From the human T2T-CHM13v2.0 reference genome, Homo sapiens, in the NCBI RefSeq assembly GCF_009914755.1, contig NC_060929.1: a DNA stretch of 64,000 nt. One strand, 5' to 3'. Shown piece after piece: positions 1 to 12,199 of the stretch (positions are counted from its first letter, which is position 1; each line of letters opens with the position of its first letter). The notes beneath the pieces were generated by a model. The model saw only the letters and a program-made list of their open reading frames with translations. It made no database searches and was not told the DNA's origin. Made by a program: the position numbers and the translations under genes.

Positions 1-326
1 CAACACTGGTTGATACTTTTATGCTTGGGCCCAAAAGCAGTGTGGGCTGTGCTCATGTATCTCACCAATGTCCCCATAAAAACACAGTTTTTTTCATTTA
101 CTCTGGAAGAAGCAGCTAAGCAGGGCCAGGGTTAGGAAGAAGCCAAGGGCATGGGCAAGGGCTGAGCTCTATGTGGTCTCCCTTGTTTTCTCACAAAGGT
201 GCATCCAGAATCCCCCATGGAGTAAGATGCCTACCAGGCCAAAGATCTCAGAACTATGATCTCCCTACTACTCCACTCTGGGTTGGAACCCAGAAACAAC
301 TTGTCTTACCGTAAAAGGCAGTAACT

Positions 327-645
<319 letters not shown>

Positions 646-1449
646 TCAGCAAGTCATTGTTACCCTGGCCAAGTCCTGTTTCCATGCTCAAAGGTACTGC
701 TGTGCCAGGAGTAAGCTCCCTTTACTTGTACCTGCACTGTAGAACCCAGAAGTTTTCCATTTCTGTCCACTTCAGGACTTTCTATGGATAAGCCAAGCCA
801 TGACCCAGCACAAGTCACTCCCTGGGGCCACTGTAGACATACCAATCTCTTTGTAACCTGGCTGGACTCAGGTTAAAAACAAGTTAGAATGTGTGAAGGA
901 AGGAGAAAGTGGAGAGGACAGTAGTAGGAGAGAGACTGAGAGGGTAGACTGTATCCTTTATACAACAAAGAACCTTCATTCAGCCTTTTAACCTCTTAAG
1001 CAAGAGGTTTCTGAGACACAGTCACATCACTAGGAGAGTCATGTAGGGAAAATGGAAAGGCAGGGAAGCCCAGTTCAGAGGCAATCACAGCCAACCAACC
1101 AGGCGAGATGGCCATGGGAGAGCCAGTCCCCAACCTGTCCTTCAAGGCAACTCCACCGACTCTTCCTGGAGTTACTCATGGTTTGCTGGACCTCATGGAA
1201 TCTAACTTCCTTTCACTGTTTGTGTCAACCATTTTCATTCTGCATCTTTCCCTGGAAAATTTGTAGACTCTGTCTACTCACTGAATGGAAATGTTGCGTT
1301 CTCCCTCAGATAAGCTTTCCAGAAGCACTAGTTCATCCCTGTTAGGCATTAAGTTCTCCCTCAATGTCCTGCTGCCAAACTGTGGGTCCCCTCTGGCTCT
1401 CCTCACTGGCCTCTAGCCCACCCACCCGCAAAGACAGACAACCAGAATT

Positions 1450-2285
1450 ATGGGAGTTGTCCTAACACCTCCCTCTTCCTAATTCCTCCACCTTAAAGTA
1501 AAACACTAAATCCTATCCATTCTGCCTCCTGAGTTTCTCTCAAGCCCTTCAGCTTCTCTCCATCTCCACTGCTGCCATCATCCAAGCCAATAACAGCTCT
1601 CTCGCATGGACTGATGGAACTCCCTCCAACCTGAGTGCCCTTGTTCTTCCCCAACCTGTTTTCATCCTGCAAGAAGAATGATCTTTTACAGACTTACATC
1701 TGATGATGGTACTCTCACCCTACCTTGAGTGGTTTCCCTTTATTCTTTGGATAAATACCAAAATTTCCACATGGTTTTCATGATGCTGTGAGGATCTGGG
1801 CCCTGCCTACTTTTCCAGCAGTCTTTGCTTTTCTCCTATTCACTCATTGTTTTCCCACAGATTGGTCTCCTTTCAGTTCCTGAAATGCAGCAGGATTCTG
1901 CTTTCTCAGGCTGCTGTGTCTCTGGAAATAGACGTGACTCTGCCCCTTGGGATCACATATCCCGCAAAACATAATCCCACAGAAAACTTACATGTACCCT
2001 TCATCTCTGTTTAAGGCAGAACTTTCTCTGTGAAATGTTTCCAGCTCACTCCCACCCCCATTATATCAGGTCTCTCATTACATAATACATTATATTATAC
2101 TTTCCTTTACAGCACTTACCACCACTGTAATTACTACTTACTTGGATAAGTATTTGTTTAATGGCTGTCACATTTGCTGAATGTAAGCTCCATGAAGGCA
2201 GAAACAAGTTCAACATGCTCAGTACAACGGCCTCAGAGCCAGTGCATTCCCTAGCTCATAGTAGGCAATCAGTAAGTATGATTTG
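1450..2285 (+). mobile_element. L2 LINE 3' region, degraded
   Basis: L2-like motifs CTCCATCTCCACTGCTGCCA, GATCTGGGCCCTGCCTAC and the 3' end GAATGTAAGCTCCATGAAGGCAG...TAGTAGGCAATCAGTAAGTA. Confidence 0.8.
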
Positions 2286-2324
2286 GCTTAGCACATTCAG
2301 CATGCCCACATGAACTGAGAAGAA

Positions 2325-2415
2325 TAAACTGAGGCCTAGAAAAGGAAAGGGGATTTCCCAAAGCCTTGTCTTCTTTGGCAGAGCTGTGGTTTATTAAACC
2401 CTGGACTCTTAATCC
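2325..2415 (-). mobile_element. MIR fragment
   Basis: AAACTGAGGCCTAGA...TTCCCAAAG...GGCAGAGCTG resembles the reverse MIR core. Confidence 0.55.
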
Positions 2416-3139
2416 ACAGTTCAATCCTTAGCCCATACTGATACTGAAGTCACTGTAGACCCAAGAGATCAATCCATCTATAACCCAAAAGAGAGGAGAA
2501 AAACTAAACTGTGGAGACCAGAGATCTCTATTCAAATCCTGGATGGACTGACCACTTAAATCTTACAACACTATGGCAGAAATTAAGCAAGCTGATGTGT
2601 ACACTATGATTGGTGTAGAATCTGGCCTGAGTGGTCTCTCCAGAGACGTGGCTGTTCTAGGACACCTTGTGAAGTGTGCCTTCAATTCCTGTGTGTCCAC
2701 CTCAATCCAGGCCAGAATAGCAAGTACTTGGGAAGGCAGGAGAGCATTTCATATTGAGCAGTTGCTGCTCCCCCAGGCAGCTGGTAAACAGCGTTTGATG
2801 AGGATGATAAACACATGATACTAATCTTACTACACAGAGGTGTGTTCAACATTCTAGCACACAGAGCCACATGGCAGGTGATCCATCTTAAAAAGATGAC
2901 ATTGCTGGCTGATTTCTGCCACAGTGTATTTACTTGGAATTTAAATTTAGATTTAAACCTACCTATAGCATTATTATAGAATATACCAAAGGCTCTATTC
3001 ACAGGTGGGCAAAAAGACTATCCATCACCCCAGCTCATACTCCGCAATTCACAGACAGCTTCTTCCTTCATCCAGGACAGCTGGGTGTCCTGGAAGCTTT
3101 TCTACCACTGGCATATTAAAATGATGCTTCAGCCAATTC

Positions 3140-3245
3140 TGTAATCACCTATTTATTTTGCCCATGATGTTTCAGGCCCTGTGCTAGACCCTGGGGATTC
3201 AGCAATGATGAGACACAGCCTCTGCCCCAGGAAGCTCCCAGCCTA
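3140..3245 (-). mobile_element. L2 3' end fragment
   Basis: TATTTATT...CAGGCCCTGTGCTAGACCCTGGGGATTCAGCAATGA...CTGCCCCAGGAAGCTC is the reverse of the L2 3' terminus. Confidence 0.65.
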
Positions 3246-3489
3246 GCAAAACTACATTTGCATAGTCCTTTACAATCTACTAAGTGATTGGACTTAAACC
3301 TTTTATCCACCTCTCCTGGTATTTTCATTATCTTTGTATATGTCTTCCTTGGTTGGAGAAGATTTTGACATAAAATTTGTTTCCAGTTAAAATGCGGCAG
3401 AGGAACTTAATCACTCTCATTTTGGCTTTAGAATTCTAATTAAGGAAAAATAAACCCTGGATTCCTCCAGAAATGTATACCATAACTGA

Positions 3490-3962
3490 CTGTTGAGTGG
3501 CTGCCCAAAAGCCACGGCAAACACCTTTTCCCTTGCTGCCTTTCACTGCAGAGATGGCAGAGTCACCCATCCACTTGCCTTCTTTACACTGAGGGGTCAT
3601 CACATGATCTAGTTCTGGCCACAGCGATGTCTGTAGAAATCTGTTCAGAGGCTTCTATGAAAGCTTTTGCTTTAATTTTTTATAAAGACAGTCCAAGCTA
3701 GTTTGGCCCTTATTTCTTCTCCCCATCTTCATCCTAGGTGTAATGTTTGGGGCTGTAACAGCCACCCCACAAACAGGAAGCAATGAGGGAGCCATACGGG
3801 AAAGACCCAGAGAATCAGATGTTAGCTCTGATGTTGTTGAGCTAATGAGGCAAGGACAGCAGCTATAGCCCTTCAGACTAGTTATTAAGTAAGAAAAACA
3901 AACTCCTCATTCTTTAAATCAGTGTAGGAGAGGTTTTCTGTTACCTACAGCCAAACAGTCTT
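3490..3962 (+). mobile_element. Old ERVL-class solo LTR (LTR33/LTR16-like)
   Basis: CACATGATCTAGTTCTGGCC core and the terminal GGTTTTCTGTTACCTACAGCCAAAC are typical of ERVL LTRs. Confidence 0.6.
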
Positions 3963-3979
3963 GGAATGCATGGTTCAGG

Positions 3980-4681
3980 AGATGATTAAGCACACAGCCT
4001 TTGAACTAGACACACTTGGGTTTGTGTACCAGCTCAGTCACCCACTGGCTGCATGGGGCTGGACAAGTTATTTAACTGCTCAGAGTTCTGTTTCCATCTT
4101 CCATGAAATGAACATACTATAACTGCCTTTTTCACAGGCTTGCTGTTAGGAATAAGTGAGATGGTATATGCCATGATTTGGATATGGTTTGTTTGTCCCC
4201 ACCAAAACTCATGTCTAAATTTGATCCCCGGTGTGGTGGTGTTGGGAGGTGGGACCCAGTGGGGAGTGTTTGGGTCATGAGGGTCTCACCCTGGTGGGTG
4301 GCTTGGTGCCATTCTGGAGGTAGTGAGTGAGTTCTTCCTCTGGCAAGACTGGATTATTTCTCAAGGAAAATGTACTAGTTCCTGCAAGAGTGGATAGTTA
4401 CAAAGCCAGGATGTCCCTTGTGTTTTGTCTCTTTGCATGTGTCCACTTCCCCTTTGACCTTCTCACTATGTTATGATGCAACTTAAAAGCTCTCACCAGA
4501 AACCAAGGCCATGCCATTGAACTTCCCAGCCTGAAGAACTATGAGCTAAATAAGCCTCTTTTCTTTATAAATTGCCCCGTCTTTGGTATTCTATCACAGC
4601 AACACAAAATGGACTAAGACAGTGCATGTAAAGAGTTTTTGTGCAATGTCTAGATAAATAACTACTCAAATGATAAACTGC
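3980..4681 (+). mobile_element. MIR, split by an MST LTR (resumes at 4622-4681)
   Basis: GGACAAGTTATTTAACTGCTCAGAGTTCTGTTTCCATC...TTGCTGTTAGGAATAAGTGAGAT; the MIR tail GCATGTAAAG...ACTCAAATG follows the LTR. Confidence 0.75.
4169..4621 (+). mobile_element. MaLR solo LTR, MST family
   Basis: TG...CA termini; starts TGCCATGATTTGGATATGGTTTGTTTGTCCCCACCAAAACTCATG and ends GCAACACAAAATGGACTAAGACA. Confidence 0.92.
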
Positions 4682-5489
4682 AGCCAATAAGCACATGAAA
4701 AGATAATAACCATAATCATTAAGTAAATGCAAATCAAAACCACAATGAGATACCACTTCACACCCCTTAGGATGGTTATTACATAAAACAAAAACGAACC
4801 CAGAAAATAACAAGTGTTGGTATGAGGATATGGAAAAATTGTGCACCACTGATGGGAGAGTAAAATGATGCAGCTGCTATGGAAAAACAGCACTGAGGTT
4901 CCTCAAAAAGATAAACATAGAATTACCATATAACTCAGCAATTCCACTTCTGGATATACACCCAAAAGAACTGAAAGCAGGGACTGGAGAAGATATCTGT
5001 ATACCCATGCTCATGGCAGGATTATTCACAATAACCAAAAGGTAGAAACAACCCAAGTGTCCACTGACCAGTGAAAAGATTTTTTAAATGTAGTATATAA
5101 TACAATGAAATATTATTCAGCCATAAAAAAGGAAATTCTGACATATGACACACCATGAATGAATCCTAAAGACATTATGCTAAGTGAAATAAGCCAGACA
5201 CACAAAGACAGATGCTGTTAGGATTCCTGCCTGACTTATGTGAGGCACCTAGAGTAGTCAAACTATTCACAAAGACAGCAAGTAGAATGGTGGTTGCCTG
5301 GGGCTGGGAGAAAAGGAGAACAGTGCTTCCATTATGCAAGACGAAAAAAATTCTGGAGCTAGACAGTGGTGATGGTTGCACTACAATGTGAATATACTTA
5401 ATGCCACAGAAGTTCACAGATTAAAATAGTGAATTTTATGTTATATTTTATTGCATTTTTAAATAAATTTTTAAAATAAAAATGAAATA
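4682..5489 (+). mobile_element. L1 (L1MB-like) 5'-truncated, ORF2 end plus 3'UTR
   Basis: AAATGCAAATCAAAACCACAATGAGATACCAC, CAGCAATTCCACTTCTGG, ATGCTAAGTGAAATAAGCCAG and an A-rich tail. Probable TSD AAATGATAAACTGC (4668-4681) / AAATGATGACCTGC (5490-5503). Confidence 0.92.
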
Positions 5490-5669
5490 AAATGATGACC
5501 TGCATTACTGATCCTAATACTGATATTATCATCTTACTGAGTTTTCAGTAACTCGGTAAGTTGTCAGACAATACCACTGGCTGGGTACAACCCTGGGTCA
5601 AATGCTGAAATGCTTGCCCCCATTGCATATTTGTCCTAGATGAACATATCTAAAAGGCATTTCATCCAT

Positions 5670-5995
5670 GCAGCAAACAAGCATATTTACTTCTTTCTCT
5701 AGGAAACCAAAGGTAAGTCAAATGGTTTCCTGCCCTGTGGAAGGCAAAAAGATGTTCACAAATAGCCACACTACAAGGTAAGATGTAGCACCTGCCTTGA
5801 AGACAAATGCAGAATCTTCAGAGAGCAAAGCCACTGCTTCTGGCTTTGGGGTTTGAGGAAAGTTCCAAAGAAGAGACGGAAATGGAGCTGGACTTGAAAA
5901 ACCAGAACCTTTATTGCTGAAACAGAAGGAGTGTTACAGATGATTCCAGGTAGAAATAGCAGCAATGTGAGCAGAGACAGCAGAGCATCTTGTTT
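5670..5995 (-). mobile_element. L2 fragment
   Basis: GAGCTGGACTTGAA...ATTCCAGGTAGAAATAGCAGCAATGTG resembles reverse L2. Confidence 0.5.
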
Positions 5996-7171
5996 GGTTA
6001 GAGGGAACTGTACATTAGGGTGAACAGAAAAGACAATAGCCAGTCACTAGGCAGAGAAGCCATGTCTTTATTTCATGGAGGAGGGCAGGAGATAAAGATG
6101 TGTTTGCATCCACAGCACCTAGGACTCTCTTAGCACACATCAAGTTGTCAAAATTGTCAATTCAATCATTGACCAGCAGATTGGAAGATCTGTAGAATCC
6201 TCCAGATGTCTAGCATTGATGCTCAGGAGAGGCAGGCCCCATTTGGCTGCCAAAACCACCTCTTTCATGTCACTATTGTCTAGGCTACTTCCCAAGAGAT
6301 GGAGAAGCATAGCAAACGGGCGAACATCTCAGAAGGCCTTTGGTTATTGATGGACACCACAGGCCAGTCCTAACCTCCCAAAAACCTTTATCATGCATGC
6401 TCCCAGATGGAATCCAACCAACTAGAACAAAGCTTCCCTTCCAAAGGAACACTGAGACTACCCTCCCAGGACAACTTGAACTCTGGGCATTGTGCCCTTT
6501 GAAAGCATTTTCCATGTCCTTATCTAAATGGAAGGCAAGTACACTAGCACAAATAATTGAGGGGAAAAAAATGGACAAGGAGACCCAATCAAAAAAAAGT
6601 ATTCAATTGAGTACCATTTTAAGGAATTATTTCAAAGTTCTAATCACTATAAGTGATGAAACAATTCATGACAAAAATTGCAATTACCAAAGAAATAATC
6701 TGTTCTGCAACAGCAATTTTAGTGACATTTATAACACACAAGAAATCATGAAGCTTAATTATTTGAATTTATTGAGGCTACAGATGCCATGTTTAAATCT
6801 AATTAAACAGATCCACCAAAACTGACCATCTGAAGAAATGGCAAAGTTGCTGAACCGAACACTGGTTTTTAAAAGCAGTTCGTGAACAGCCTCCAAATAG
6901 GCAGTGAGTAATGATCTATCTTTCTTCCTCAGCTGTCATTTGGGGAAAAAAGAGACATTTCTTTATTGATCTTCAGTCCTTCACAATAGAATTTACCTCA
7001 ACTCCTAAAAAACATCCCCCATTCCAATGATCTTTGATAGATCTGCAGGATAAATGGGGACTCTCCTACTATTACCTTTCAGGTCTCACACTCAAACTAT
7101 ATTAGATCTCAAGGAAGTAGGTACAAATCCTTAAAAGTGATTGAGAAAAAGATTTCCCTTCTCCATTTCTT

Positions 7172-7496
7172 TTTTTTCTTTTTTTTTTTTTTTTTTTTTT
7201 TTTTTTGAGATGGAGTCTCGCTCTGTCACACAGGCTGCAGTGCATGGTGCGATGGTGCGATCTCGGCTCACTGCAAGCTCCGCCTCCTGGGTTCACGCCA
7301 TTCTCCTGCCTCAGCCTCCCTAGTAGCTGAGATTACAGGCGCCCGCCACCACGCCCAGCTAATTTTTTTTTTATTTTTAGTAGAGACTGGGTTTCACCGT
7401 GTTACCCAGGATGGTCTCAATCTCCTGACCTCGTGATCTGCCCGCCTCGGCCTCCCAAAGTGCTGGGATTACAGGCGTGAGCCACCACGCCCGGCC
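7172..7496 (-). mobile_element. AluY SINE, full length
   Basis: Poly-T followed by GAGATGGAGTCTCG...GCAAGCTCCGCCTCC...CCCGGCC. Perfect TSD TCCATTTCTT (7162-7171 / 7497-7506). Internal ATGGTGCG tandem duplication. Confidence 0.97.
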
Positions 7497-7594
7497 TCCA
7501 TTTCTTAAGAATGTTAACTGGTAAATATCAGTAGCCTACAGAATTTGTATAATTCCTGAAATATCAATGAATTGTTTGCTTAAATAATAAGTAT

Positions 7595-9560
7595 TCTATG
7601 AAGCAAGATTCTGATTATAAAAGTAATAAATGTTCAAAGAAGAAAATATGGAAAACATGAAGAAACAAAAAGAATTAAAATTTCCAACAATCCCACTAAC
7701 CACATATGATCACAATTAACATTTTGCACTTACTTCCAATGTCATTTCTAAGCTTACATACTTTTATCACAATGCGAACATGTTATATTTATAATCTTAC
7801 ATCTTGTTCTACCATTAAACATGATATCAAGTACATTTAATTTCTTTAAGTAACCTCTCATTGCTGGATTTATAGCTTGTTCCCAATTTTTAAACTTTCA
7901 TCAATAAACTGACTTACATTCACATAGATAAACCTATGGTTGCATCTCTAATTAATTCCTTAAGAGAATTCTCAAAAATAAACTCTTGGGATGGCATTCA
8001 TTGACTCGTTAAAGTTCTAATAAGACCTGCCAAATTGATTTATCTAAAAGTTATACCAATCTACATTTCTACCAATGGTATAATAAATAGCTCAAATTTA
8101 AAACTCTTTTCTTTCCTTTCCAACAGCATTACTTAACTTTCAGTGAATTTCTTACCAATTTTTTTTGTATGTTTCTCTGTTTTACAGATTTTTGATACAC
8201 TATTTTGTCTCCTGTTGTTTCCACTTCATATTAAACTCATTTCCTTAGGATATTAAGGGTTCTTTGAAAACATGATTTTCTTAAGGGGCACATATAAGCC
8301 ATCCTATAAAATGTATTTCTTTAAGTAAAGTGGGAGGCATTGAAAGGCTTAAGATTTTTTTCGTGTTTATTAGCTATTTGTATTTATTCTGTTAATTGCC
8401 ATCTTACTGCCTTCACCAATTTTCCCACTAAGGTTTTAGTGTTGTTCTTATTTCTATATTAACAAAATTAATGCTTTGTTGCATGTGTTTTTCTTAGATT
8501 TTTTTTTTTTACCAGCATCTTAATTTTAATTTCTTGGGGGAGTTTTTTTACTTATTAAAACACTAATTTTAGCTGGGCGCGGTGGCTCACACCTGTAATC
8601 CCAGCACTTGGGATGCTGAGGCAGGCAGACCACCTGAGGTCAGGAGTTCAAGACCAGCCTGGGCAACGTGGCAAAACCCAGTCTCTACTAAAACATGTAA
8701 AAATTAGCCGAGTGTGGTGGCACATGCCTGTAAATCCCAGCTACTCAGGAGGCTGAGGCAGGGAAAATTGCTTGAACCCAGGAGGTGGAGGTTGCGGTGA
8801 GCCAGAATTACACCACTGCACTCCATCCTGGGTGACAGAGTGAGATTCTGTCTCAAAAAACTATATATATATTAATTCTGTATGGAGAAATGAGTCATTT
8901 TCCTCCAGTGATATTTTGTTTCTGTTGACTTCCCTAATGTCAGAGTTAACCACAATTTTTCCTACTTTTCATTTTTTATTATTAAAATTTTTGCATCAAA
9001 TCAAAATTTATTTTGGTATATAGGGTGAGGAAAGGCTCTAATCCCATTTTTTCCAAATAGTTAACTTAGAATATATTAAATAATTCATCCTTTCCCTCCA
9101 TCATGTACTAAACCCTCTTTCACATTAGGCTCTGTTTCTAGACTATTCTGTTCCACTTACTGGCATGTTCCTGCAATAATAACCACGTGGTCTTAATTAG
9201 CATCATTTGAGTACATTTTATATCTGGAAATGTAAATCTCCTCTATTATGCATCATTTCCAAAAATTTTTTGGCAATTCCAGCTAGCATATTCATATTTG
9301 AGAATAATTTGACACAATCCAAAAAAAGAAAGAAAGAAAGAAAACCCCAGCTGAGATGCTGATTGGAATGGGGTGAAATGATACATTACTTTGGAAAGAA
9401 CTGACATCTTTATCACACAGAGAGAAACTGGCAGCACATATCTCCCTTTATTGAAGTCTCCTTTTATGTCATTCAGTAAATTTTTGTGATTTTCCTCATA
9501 AGGATTCTGTAACATTTCCTGTTATGCTATTCCTGTGTGTTTTATACATTTTTACTCCTA
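7595..9560 (-). mobile_element. Ancient L1 (L1ME-like) fragments, interrupted by an Alu
   Basis: T-rich degraded antisense L1: CTGATTATAAAAGTAATA, GTTATACCAATCTACATTTCTACCAA, TTTATTTTGGTATATAGGGTGAGG, TGATTGGAAT...TTGGAAAGAACTGACATCTTTA. Confidence 0.75.
8571..8872 (+). mobile_element. AluS SINE
   Basis: Full dimer with CACCTGAGGTCAGGAGTTCAAGACCAGCC; short A tail decayed to (TA)n. Confidence 0.96.
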
Positions 9561-10089
9561 AGTAAACTACACCAAGCAAAGAAAGTCTGAGATTGTATGC
9601 CTGAATTTCAACATCACATCATGAAATATGTGCCTGTCTCTCTTTAGGGTCTGACAGAGAGGGCCCAACATTTCCGGAATGAATGAGTGACGAATGGGTC
9701 CGAAAGCCCTAGTATCAGGACAGAACTGGGTGGGCTACACTGTGTAGCAGACTCACAATTGTTCTTTCATGCTCAGTGCCAATTTTATATTTTCAAAGAA
9801 TAAAAAATCATCTTAAAATAATCACACAACTACCTCTGATAGTTCTGCCATCATGGTACACTTTCCCGCCACTCCTCATCCTCCATCTCATCCCAAGAGG
9901 TGGGTACAACCAAACCAAAGTCCTTCTAGGGAACTTCAGTTTGGGACAGAATGACTAGCCTTTGGAGCTGAGCCAAGACAGAGATATCTCTTCATGAAAA
10001 CCATCTCTGAATCCCTGTAGAGGAGCACAGAGGAAACAGAGGTCAGCCCTGATGGATATTATAAAGCAGGTTTGCAATAAAAGAGATTA

Positions 10090-10825
10090 AGTTTTTTAAC
10101 AATTTTATTGAGATCATCATCCGTATACCATACAATTCACCCAATTAAAGTGCACAATGGGTTTTAGTAGAGTTGTGCAACTATCACCACAATGGATTTT
10201 AGAACATTTTTATCACCTCTAAAAGAAATCCTGTAGTTTTTTTAAATTGTGGTAAAATATACATTAACTTTCCCATCTTAACCTTTTTAAAACAATTTTT
10301 AATTGATGTATAATAAATGTACAAAGCTATGGAATACATGTGATAATTTAACACATTCATATAATTTGTAAAGATCAAATCAGTGTACTTGGGATATCTA
10401 GTACCTTATATACTTGTCATTTACATATGCTAGAAACATTCAAATTATTCTCTTCTAGCTCTTTTGAAATGTACAGATTATTGTAAACTATAGTAACCAC
10501 TTCTAAGTCTACAGTTTGGTAGTGTTAAGTCGATTCCCTGAAGCCAATCTCCAGAACTTTTTCATCTTGAGAAACTGAAATTTATACCCATCAAACAGTA
10601 ACTCCCCATTCCCTCTCCCCACCCAGTTCCTGGCAACTGCCACCTTAATTTCTGTTTCTGTGATTCTGACTACTCTAAGTATCTCATATAAGTAGAATCA
10701 TAACAGTATTTGTCTGTTTGTGACTGGCTCATTTCACTTAGCATAATGGCCCCAAGGTTTATCCATGTTTTAGCATATGTCAGAATTTCTTTCCTTTTTT
10801 AGGCTGAATACATTATGAGCTTTTT
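10090..10825 (-). mobile_element. Stack of three L1M 3' ends (L1MB/L1MA-like, nested)
   Basis: Three separate antisense L1 3' termini begin at ~10090 (TTTATTGAGAT), ~10237 (TTTTAAATTGTGGTAAAATATAC) and ~10295 (TTTTTAATTGATGTATAAT); the second resumes at ~10500. Confidence 0.85.
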
Positions 10826-10884
10826 TAAAGAGAAGAGAAGGGAGGGAGAGGTAAGGGGGCAGTGAGGGAAGAAGTAGGGAGCAG

Positions 10885-11120
10885 GGAGGGAGACCAGAAA
10901 CTGGGGGCTCCTGCACAGGTCCAGGCAGGAGATGATGGCGGTCTGCCCTCAAGGAGAGATGGGAAACTGGATGGGAGTAGATGAGTTCAAGATATATTTG
11001 GATTAATATAATTAAAGATAAAATGAGAGGACTTGCAGATGAATGGGATATGGGAAAGGGAGAGGAATGCCCAAGGGTGACACCTTGCCTAATAGAAGGA
11101 AGACTACAGGGAGCAGAGAA
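10885..11120 (-). mobile_element. L2 fragment
   Basis: GTCCAGGCAGGAGATGATGG, GGACTTGCAGATGAATGGGATATGGG and CCAAGGGTGACACC match reverse L2. Confidence 0.7.
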
Positions 11121-11346
11121 AACCCAAACCAGGCAGCTCCTGGGTACACCTCCTAAATAACCCAAAGGAGAAATGCAAGTCCTCAAAGTAGTGAATGCAG
11201 TTCTGCCCTGGAAGGGAATATCTACAGCCAATTCCCCTCTTAGAATCTGCCCTGGAAGGGAATATCTACAGCCCAATCTATCACCACTGTGTGCCTTTGT
11301 AAGAAAACTTCATTTCTAAAATTTCATTTGGAGATATTTGCATATG

Positions 11347-11370
11347 CACACACACACACACACACACACA
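11347..11370. repeat. (CA)12 microsatellite
   Basis: Directly visible perfect CA run. Confidence 0.98.
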
Positions 11371-11669
11371 GAAGCCACCAAGCTGAACCTGATGACCTGT
11401 TTGTCTGAATTCCCACCCATAGGTTCCAAAAGGAAGGTAGCATCTCTTCTCAGCCAAAATGAACTGGCAGGCAGGCTGCTGAATTGCAGAGAGAGCAGTA
11501 GGAGGTAGACTAGACAGACTCCCCAATCACAAGGAAAATAACCATTACTTAAGTTTTCCAAGTCAAGTCAGCTGTAAAAGTCCATGATAAAAGTAAGTAA
11601 AGTTTTCAGATCATTTGGGTTCGTTAGGCAGGGCTCAACAACTCAACACGTGACTTAAGAGGGTGCAAT

Positions 11670-11790
11670 GCATCAGTAAAGCACACACTTTGGAGTCAGA
11701 TGCTGGTTCTACCACCAAATAGCTCTGTGGCCACAAGCAAATTATACCATCTGAGTTTCAGTTTCCTTATTTGTAAAATCAAGATAATCA
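11670..11790 (+). mobile_element. MIR
   Basis: TTTGGAGTCAGA...CTGAGTTTCAGTTTCCTTATTTGTAAAAT core. Confidence 0.8.
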
Positions 11791-11924
11791 AGCCTAATTC
11801 ATAGGATTAGTGTAGCAGTCACACGAAACAGACAAGGGGAGGACAGGAGATGAAGAGACAGAGGATGGGGATGTTGCATGTGGGTGTGGCTGTGACACAG
11901 TGCTGAAGTACACAGGATAGTTTC

Positions 11925-12035
11925 AATGCTGGATGAAGAGTCAAAAGACCCAGTTTCTATGCCAGCTTCTGCCCTAACTAGTTCTATAAGGACAGACAAG
12001 CCACTTCCCTTCTCTTGCCCTAGGCTTCCTCACTC
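11925..12035 (+). mobile_element. MIR fragment
   Basis: GAGTCAAAAGACCCAG...TCTGCCCTAACTAG...CAAGCCACTTCCCTTCTCT...CTTCCTCA. Confidence 0.65.
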
Positions 12036-12199
12036 ATTAAAGTCTCAGCTGACCTGAGGACACCAAAGTGTAAACTAGCACAGGGAGAGCTAAGGACCAA
12101 TCCATTTAACACTATAAGTCCCAAAAGGCTGAAAAGCTCATGCTATTATTAATAGATTCCTCCAGAGGTAGGGGGTGAGGGGGCTAAAGTAAAAAGAAT

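Noticed and set aside
6340-6825. 161-aa ORF
   Set aside because: Starts at TTG, has no recognisable domain and no convincing flanking splice structure. ORFs of this length arise by chance in 64 kb.
11202-11273. Repeat-spacer-repeat resembling a CRISPR array
   Set aside because: Only two units with a 16-nt spacer, in primate DNA with no cas genes.
10770-11276. 168-aa minus-strand ORF
   Set aside because: Runs through L2 and L1 remnants, a purine tract and the 28-bp duplication. Low-complexity L/P/S composition.
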